From: Rebecca billardiae RCC1528
Lineage: Eukaryota; Protista; Haptophyta
Reading direction: 5' to 3'
Assembly: GCA_965240325.2 (NCBI GenBank)
Contig: OZ251225.1
Location: 1-64,000, forward strand
DNA length: 64,000 bases
Positions 20,801 to 29,800 of this stretch are shown here, in pieces. Position 1 is the first letter of the stretch. Each line of letters starts with the position of its first letter. The notes under the pieces were generated by a model. The model did not search any database and had not been told where the DNA came from. It saw nothing but the letters and a program-made list of their open reading frames with translations. A program made the position numbers and the translations under genes.

Positions 20801-23800
20801 GCGCCGCCGCCACCGAGCCTGCCGCCGAGCCCGCCTCCGTCGCCGCCACCTGCGCCACCGCCGCCGAGCCCGCCGCCCAGCCCGCCACCGTCGCCGCCAC
20901 CGGCCCCGCCGCCACCGAGCCCGCCGCCGAGCCCACCTCCTTCGCCGCCACCTCCACCACCGCCGCCGCGCCCGCCGCCCAGCACGCCTCCGAGCCCGCC
21001 ACCTGCGCCGCCGCCACCGAGCCTGCCGCCGAGCCCGCCTCCGTCGCCGCCACCAGCGCCACCGCCGCCGAGCCCGCCGCCGAGCCCGCCACCGAGCCCG
21101 CCACCTGCGCCGCCGCCACCGAGCCCGCCGCCGAGACCGCCTCCGTCGCCACCGCCTGCACCACCGCCACCGAGCCCGCCGCCCAGCCCACCTCCGTCGC
21201 CGCCACCGGTCCCGCCGCCACCGAGCCCGCCGCCGAGCCCACCTCCTTCGCCGCCACCTCCACCACCGCCGCCGCGCCCGCCGCCCAGCCCGCCTCCGAG
21301 CCCGCCACCTGCGCCGCCACCACCGAGCCTGCCGCCGAGCCCGCCTCCGTCGCCGCCACCTGCGCCACCGCCGCCGAGCCCGCCGCCCAGCCCGCCACCG
21401 AGCCCGCCACCTGCGCCGCCGCCACCGAGCCCGCCGCCGAGCCCGCCTCCGTCGCCGCCACCAGCGCCACCGCCGCCGAGCCCACCTCCCAGCCCGCCTC
21501 CGTCGCCGCCACCTGCGCCGCCACCACCGAGCCCGCCACGGAGCCCGCCGCCCAGCCCGCCACCTGCGCCGCCGCCACCGAGCCCGCCGCCCAGCCCACC
21601 TCCTTCACCGCCACCTGCACCACCGCCGCCGAGCCCGCCGCCCAGCCCGCCTCCGAGCCCGCCACCTGCGTCACCGCCACCGAGCCCGCCGCCGCGCCTG
21701 CCGCCAAGCCCGCCTCCGAGCCCGCCACCTGCGCCACCGCCGCCGAGCCCACCGCCAAGCCCGCCTCCGTCGCCGCCACCGGTCCCGCCGCCACCGAGCC
21801 CGCCGCCGAGCCCACCTCCTTCGCCGCCACCTGCACCACCGCCGCCGAGCCCGCCGCCGAGCCCGCCACCGAGCCCGCCACCTGCGCCGCCGCCACCGAG
21901 CCCGCCGCCGAGCCCGCCACCGAGCCCGCCACCTGCGCCACCGCCGCCGCGCCCGCCGCCGAGCCCGCCACCGAGCCCGCCACCTGCGCCGCCGCCACCG
22001 AGCCCGCCGCCGCCTGCACCACCGCCACCGAGCCCGCCGCCCAGCCCGCCTCCGTCGCCGCCACCGGTCCCGCCGCCACCGAGCCCGCCGCCGAGCCCAC
22101 CTCCTTCGCCGCCACCTCCACCACCGCCGCCGCGCCCGCCGCCCAGCACGCCTCCGAGCCCGCCACCTGCGCCGCCGCCACCGAGCCTGCCGCCGAGCCC
22201 GCCTCCGTCGCCGCCACCTGCGCCACCGCCGCCGCGCCCGCCGCCGAGCCCGCCACCGAGCCCGCCACCTGCGCCGCCGCCACCGAGCCCGCCGCCGAGA
22301 CCGCCTCCGTCGCCACCGCCTGCACCACCGCCACCGAGCCCGCCGCCCAGCCCGCCTCCGTCGCCGCCACCGGTCCCGCCGCCACCGAGCCCGCCGCCAA
22401 GCCCGCCTCCGTCGCCGCCACCGGCCCTGCCGCCACCGAGCCCGCCGCCCAGCCCGCCTCCGTCGCCGCCACCAGCGCCACCGCCGCCGCGCCTACCGCC
22501 GAGCCCGCCTCCGAGCCCGCCACCGTCACCGCCGCCGCCGAGCCCGCCGCCGAGCCGGTCACCAAGCCCACCACCGCCGCCCTCGGCGCCGCCGCCTACT
22601 GGCGAGCTCTGCGGCGGTTCGGGTAAGGGCAAGGGCAGTGGTGCCTGCTCGCCGCCGCCGCCCTCACCATCGCCACCACCACCCGCCCCCCCGAGTCCAC
22701 CTCCTAGCCCACCACCAAGTCCACCCCCGAGCCCGCTGCCGAGCCCGCCGCCACCCGGGCCACCACCATTGCCACAGCCGTCTTCTCCGCCGTCGCCATC
22801 GCCGTCGCAGCCACCGAGCTCGCCGCCGAACCCGCCGCCGTCGCCGCCACCTGCGCCACCGCAGCCGAGCCCGCCGCCCAGCCCGCCTCCGTCGCCGCCA
22901 CCGGCGCCACCGAGCCCGCCGCCAAGCCCTCCACCGAGCCCGCCGCCAGCGCCGCCGCCACCTAGCCCTCCGCCATCACCGTCGCCTTCGCCGCCACCGT
23001 CACTGCCGCCGCCGAGCCCGCCGCCGAGCCCGCCACCTAATCCGCCACCGCCGCCGCCCAGCCCGCCCCCGCCCAGCCCGCCGCCGCCGCCACCGCCGAG
23101 CCCGCCCCCACCCAACCCGCCGCCGCCTCCGCCGCCATCGCCGCCGCCGCCGAGCCCGCCGCCGCCGCCACCACCCAGCCCGCCGCCATCGAGCCTGCCG
23201 TCGCCGAGGCCGCTGCCTCCACCGCCGCCGAGCCCGCCACCGCCGGTGCCGCCGCCGTCACCACCGCCATCGGTGCCACCATCGCCGCCGCCCTCTCCGC
23301 CGCCGGTGCCGCCGCCATCGCCACCGCCGAGCCCGCCGCCGGGCCCGCCACCGCCGGCGCCGCCACCGTCGCCACCGCCATCGGTGCCACAATCGCCGCC
23401 GCCCTCTCTGCCGCCGGTGCCGCCGCCGTCCCCACCGCCGAGCCCGCCGCCGAGCCCGCCACCGCCGGCGCCGGCGCCGTCACCACCGCCATCGGTGCCA
23501 CCATCGCCACCGCCGAGCCCGCCGCCGATGCCGCCGCCATCGCCACCGCCGAGCCCGCCGGGCCCGCCACCGCCATCGCCGCCACCAGCGCCGCCGCCTC
23601 CGAACCCGCCGCCAAGCCCGCCTCCGTCGCCGCCACCGGCGCCGCCGCCGCCGAGCTTGCCTCCAAGCCCACCTCCGAGCCCGCCACCTGCTTCGCCGCC
23701 GCCGAGCCCGCCGCCCAGTCCGCCTCCGTCGCCGCCACCAGCGCCACCGCCGCCGAGCCCGCCGCCCAGCCCGCCTCCGTCGCCGCCACCAGCGCCACCG

Positions 23801-26800
23801 CCGCCGAGCCCGCCGCCGAGCCCGCCTCCGAGCCCGCCACCTGCGCCACCGCCACCGAGCCCACCGCCGAGCCCGCCTCCGTCGCCGCCACCAGCGCCAC
23901 CGCCGCCGAGCCCGCCGCCGAGCCCGCCTCCGTCGCCACCGCCTGCACCACCGCCACCGAGCCCGCCGCCCAGCCCGCCTCCGTCGCCGCCACCGGTCCC
24001 GCCGCCACCGAGCCCGCCGCCGAGCCCACCTCCTTCGCCGCCACCTCCACCACCGCCGCCGCGCCCGCCGCCCAGCCCGCCTCCGAGCCCGCCACCTGCG
24101 CCGCCGCCACCGAGACCGCCGCCGAGCCCACCTCCTTCGCCGCCACCTGCACCACCGCCGCCGCGCCCGCCGCCCAGCCCGCCTCCGAGCCCGCCACCTG
24201 CGCTGCCGCCACCGAGCCCGCCGCCCAGCCCGCCTCCGAGCCCGCCACCTGCGCCACCGCCACCGAGCCCACCGCCGAGCCCGCCTCCGTCGCCACCGCC
24301 TGCACCACCGCCGCCCAGCCCGCCGCCCAGCCCGCCTCCGTCGCCGCCACCAGCGCCACCGCCACCGAGCCCACCGCCGAGCCCGCCTCCGTCGCCACCG
24401 CCTGCACCACCGCCGCCGAGCCCGCCGCCCAGCCCGCCTCCATCGCCGCCACCAGCGCCGCCGCCTCCGAACCCGCCGCCAAGCCCGCCTCCGTCGCCGC
24501 CACCGGCGCCGCCGCCGCCGAGCTTGCCTCCAAGCCCGCCTCCGAGCCCGCCACCTGCGTCACCGCCACCGAGCCCACCGCCGAGCCCGCCTCCGTCGCC
24601 ACCGCCTGCACCACCGCCGCCGAGCCCGCCGCCCAGCCCGCCTCCGTCGCCGCCACCAGCGCCACCGCCGCCGAGCCCGCCGCCGAGCCCGCCTCCGAGC
24701 CCGCCACCTGCGCCACCGCCGCCGAGCCCGCCGCCGAGCCCGCCTCCGTCGCCGCCACCAGCGCCGCCGCCACTGAGCCCGCCGCCGAGCCCGCCTCCGT
24801 CGCCGCCACCAGCGCCACCGCCGCCGCGCCTGCCGCCGAGCCCGCCACCGAGCCCGCCACCTGCGCCGCCGCCACCGAGCCCGCCGCCGAGCCCGCCTCC
24901 GTCGCCACCGCCTGCACCGCCGCCACCGAGCCCGCCGCCCAGCCCGCCTCCGTCGCCGCCACCGGTCCCGCCGCCACCGAGCCTGCCGCCGAGCCCACCT
25001 CCTTCGCCGCCACCTGCACCACCGCCGCTGCGCCCGCCGCCCAGCCCGCCTCCGAGCCCGCCACCTGCGCCGCCGCCACCGAGCCTGCCGCCGAGCCCGC
25101 CTCCGTCGCCGCCACCGGCGCCGCCGCCGCCGAGCCCGCCGCCCAGCCCGCCTCCGTCGCCGCCACCAGCGCCGCCGCCTCCGAACCTGCCGCCAAGCCC
25201 GCCTCCGTCGCCGCCACCTGCGCCGCCGCCGCCGAGCCCGCCGCCCAGCCCGCCTCCGTCGCCGCCACCAGCGCCGCCGCCTCCGAACCCGCCGCCAAGC
25301 CCGCCTCCGTCGCCGCCACCTGTGCCACCGCCACGGAACCCGCCTCCGAGCCCGCCTCCGTCGCTGCCACCGGCGCCACCGCCGCCGAGCCCTCCGCCCA
25401 GCCCGCCTCCGTCGCCGCCACCTGCGCCGCCACCACCGAGCCCGCCACCGAGCCCGCCGCCCTCGCCGCCGCCTGCGCCGCCGCCACCGAGCCCGCCTCC
25501 AAGCCCTCCGCCGAGCCTGCTGCTCGCGCCACCGTCACCGAGCCCGCCGTCAAGCCCACCGCCCTCCGGCGAGTCAGCGCCACCGCCGAGCGCGCCGCCA
25601 CCGCTCCAGCCTCCGCTGCCGCCGCCGAGCCCGCCGCCAGGCCCGCCGCCGCCGCCGCCGTCGGCACCGCCGCCGCCGCCGCCGCTCGCCGCGCCGGCCC
25701 TGCTCTCCGCCGCGTTCGACTCGAGCGCCACCAGCCTCGTGCTCCGCTTCGACGCGCCGACCGACCGCGGCGGGCTGAACGCCGGGCTGGCGCGGTGCGC
25801 GCCGCTGCTCGACGACGAGACGCTCGGCCTCGTGGCCGGCGACTCGGCCGCGGCCGACGCGGCCGACGGCGGCGAAGGCGAGCGGCAGTGCTACTGGCGG
25901 GACGACCGCTCGCTCGTCGTGAACCTGCGCGCGGCCTCGCGCGTCCGGCCGGGCGACCGCGTGGGCGTGCGCGCTGGGGTCATCGCCCACGTCGCGTGCG
26001 CGGCGCGCGCGCGCGCGGCGCCGTGCGCGGCGCACGCGTACGCGGCTGCGGCGAGCGTGGTGATCTCGGCGGACGCCCCGTGTGGCGTGAGCTCGGCGTG
26101 CGCCGCGCCCATCGCAAGCGTGTCCGGCGCGCGCGTGCTACCGACGTGCGCCGGCGCCTCCCTCCGCCTCGTCGGCGGCGTGGGCGGCGGAGGCGGTGTC
26201 TTGCCTCTCTCCTTTGAGTGGCGCGTGGCGCCGCTCGCGGCAGACCCGCCGACCGCCGCGACGGTGGCGGCGTTGTCGGCGTTGCTCGAGGCGCTGCCGC
26301 CGACGCAGGCGGTGCTCGAGCTCGGCCCGTCCGCGCTCGGCGCCGAGGGCGACTTCGTCTTCTCCCTCGTCCTTACCTCCGCGCTCGGCATCGCGTCGGC
26401 GCCCGCGACACACGCCGTGGCGCGCGCGCCGCCGGACGGCCCGAGCGTCGAGGTGGATGGGCGGTCGTCGGGCGTGCTCGCGCGCGCGGGCAGCGCCGTG
26501 CGGCTCTCGGCGAACGTTGAGCTGTCCCCGTGCTGGCCATCCACGCTCTCCGCGCAGGTGCGCTTCGGCTGGGCGGTGCTCAACGTGACGCGCGATGACA
26601 GCGACGGCGCCGGCGGCTCGGCCGCGCCGAGTGCCGCGGCGCCGCACGTGCCCGACCTGAGCGATGCCGCCGGCGCGACGCTGCGGCTGCCGCCGTGGTC
26701 GCTCAGCGCGGGGCACGCGTACACGCTGCGCGTGCTCGCGACGATGGCCGCGGCGCCCGAGCTCAGCGCGAGCGCCGACGTCTCGCTGCGCGTGCCGTAC

Positions 26801-29800
26801 ATGCCGCTGCGCGCCGCGCTCACGCCGAGCGCCGCGCGCGTGGGCGGCCCCGACGCGGTGCGGCTGGACGCCTCCGCCTCCGCCAACCCGAACGAGGCGG
26901 CGGGCGGCGGGCTCGCGTTCGCGTGGGCTGTGGCGCGCGCGGCAGACGGCGCGCCCGTCGAGCTCGACCTGCCCAACGCCACCTCGCCCACGCTGCTGCT
27001 GCCGCCGGGCGCGCTGCCGCCGGGCGCGGCGTATCTCGTGCGCGTGCTCGTGTCCGCGCCCGGCGCGCCCGCGCTCGCGCCCGCGGCGGCGGAGGCGATT
27101 GTCGAGGTGGCGGCGGCCCCGGCGCCGCTGCCAGCGCTGCGCCTCGTGCCGCTCGCCGCGCGCAAGGCTGCGCCCACGTGGCAGCGCAGCAGCGGCCGCC
27201 TCGTCCTCCGCGCCACCATCGACGCCGGCGCGGACGCCGAGCTCGCCGACGGCGCAGAGGCGGAGGCGGCGCACGACTTTGCGTGGCGCGCGTGGCTCGT
27301 GGGCGCGGGCGGCGCGCGTGCGCCCGCGCCGATCGACCTGGCCGACAGCGTCGGCGTCACGACGACGGGCGCCGTGCAGCCCGCGCTCGCCTTCCGCAGC
27401 GGCGCGCTCAGCGCGGGCGCGACCTACGCGTTTGAGGTGCGCGCGACGCGGCGCGCGGACGGCGCGGCCGGCGGCGCGGCGTTCGCGGAGCTGGTCGTGG
27501 TGGTCAACCGGCCGCCGCACGGCGGGGCGCTGGCGGTCTCGCCGGCGCACGGCGTCGCCGCGCTCACGCTGTTTGCGCTGCGCGCGATCAGCTGGACGGA
27601 CGACGACGCGGACGACCTGCCGCTGAGCTACGCCTTCTCGCACGCGGCTGCGGACGAGGGCGCGGCCGCGGCGCTCGGCGCGGCGCAGCGCTCGGAGCAC
27701 GCGCTCGCGCTGCTGCCCGCGGGCAACCGCACGCTGTACGTGCGCGTGGCGGACGCGCTGGGCGCGAGCGCGCGCGCGGCGACGTCCGTGCGCGTGTACT
27801 CGCTCCGCGCCGACGCCGCCGCCGCAGCTGACGCCGCCGTGCCCGGCTCGGGCGGCGCGGTGGCGGACGCGGCCGTGAGCGCGGCGGTGGCGCGCGCACA
27901 GCTCGCGCTCGCCGCGGGCGACACGACTCGCTCGCTGCAGCTCGCCGGCGCGATCGCTGCCGAGCTGGGCGGCCCCGTGCCTGCCAACGCGTCGCTGGAT
28001 GCCGAGGTCGCAACCTCGATCTCGCTGCTCGAGCTCACGGCGGGCGCGGCGGGCGCGGGCGCCCTCGACGAGGAGGCATCGCGCGCGCACACGGCCGCGG
28101 CGCTGCGCGCGGTGCTGAGCGCGGCGCCGACTGAGGCGCTCGCGGCGGGCGAGGTGCAGCTGAGCGCGCTGGCGCAGGCCGCGGCCATCGGCGCGGCGGC
28201 GGCGGAGACGGGCGTGGGCGCGGCCGAGGGCGCCGCGCTCTTCGACGCGATGGACGCGGCGCTCAGCGCGCCCGCAGACGCGCTCACACGCGCGCAGGCG
28301 GCCGCGGTGGGCGCGGCCGCGGCCACCGCCGCGCACAGCCTTGCTCGCTCGCTGCTGGTCGGGGCACTGCCCGGCGAGCAGGCGGTCACGGCGGTGGGCG
28401 CGGCGCTCAACGTGTCCGCCGCGCGGCTCGCGCCGTCCGCGCTGCTCAACGCCAGCCTCGCCGCCGCGGGCGGCGCGGGCGCGCTGCGCGTGCCGCCGAG
28501 CGCGCTCGCCGGCGTCGACGCGTCGGCGCTGGGCGGCTCGGGCGTGGACGTGCTGCTGTGGAGCGTGGGCAGAGCGGGCCTGCGCGCGCCAGCGGCGGAC
28601 GCGGCGCTGAACGGCTCGGCGGCCACGCCCACCGCGACGAGCGTCTTCTCGGTCACGCTCGCCTCCGCGGCCAGCGGCTCGGCGCTGGCCATCTCGGGGC
28701 TGGCCGAGCCGCTGCTGCTCGGCATCCCGCCGCTGCCGCCGGCCGCGGCGGGCGCTCCGAACGGCTCGGTGGCGGCGGCGGGCGCGGTGACGGAGTGCCG
28801 CTGGTGGGACGTGGCACGTGGCGCGTGGGTGGCGGACGGGTGCACGACGCTGCCGGCCGACGGCTCCCCGCTCCTCTGGTGCGCGTGCGACCACCTCACC
28901 GAGTTTGCCGGCGTGGCGCTCGACGTGCCCGACTCGGCGGCGGACGCGCTCGACGACGCCAAGGCGTTCAGGCTCGAGCCGCTCGGCGCGGACGACGTGG
29001 CGGGCGCGCTGCTCGCGCCCGCGGCCGAGCGCGACCCGACGCTGCACGCGCTGGTCGGCAGCCTCGCCGCGGCGTGCCTCGCGTCCGTGTGCGCGCTCGG
29101 CTGCCGCGACCGGCAGGCCGCGCGGCGCAAGGCCGCGCAGGTGGTCGTGGACGAGGGCGCGGAGGAGGAGCAGCCCGCGGGGCAGCGCGTCTTCCGGCGC
29201 GCGCTCAGCATGCACGGCGCGCGCGCACCCGGCGCGGCCGCCTCGGCCGGCGGCGATGCGGCGATCTCGCCCGCGCTCCTCGCCGCGCTCGCCGAGCAGC
29301 ACGCCGCGTGCGAGATCCAGCGGTACGTCCGCGGGCTGCTCGCGCGCAGGGCGGCGGTCGACGAGGCGGAGTCGCACGCGGCGAGCTCGCTGCCCGGCGG
29401 CGGCGGCGGCGGCGGTGGCAAGCGCTCGCGGCTCGCGGCGCTGTGGGCACCCGCGCGGCGGCTGAGCGGCGCGGACGCGCTCGGGCTCGCGCGCGCGCTC
29501 GCAGCGCGTGCGGGGTCGGAGCACACGCTGCTCGGCGCGCTGCTCGGCCGGCGCGAGCCCTTGCTCCTGCCCTCCGAGCTCGCCATCCTCTTCTGGGCGG
29601 CGGCTGCGCTCGGCCTCGTGCTCTCGTGCGCGCTCTACGACGACGCGCCCGAGGGCGCGCCCGTTGTGCTGATCCACGAGCTGCTCGCCGCGGCGACGAC
29701 CGCGCTGCTCAGCGCGCCGCTGCTCTTCGTCGTCAAGGCGCTGTTCGTGCGCAGGCCGCGGCAGGGCGCCGCGCAGAGGGTGCTCAGCCGCGCCGAGCGC

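Noticed and set aside
18751-25731. Gly-rich 2217-aa, Ala/Thr-rich and Arg/His-rich ORFs overlapping the adhesin
   Set aside because: Shadow frames of the CCN-rich proline repeat.
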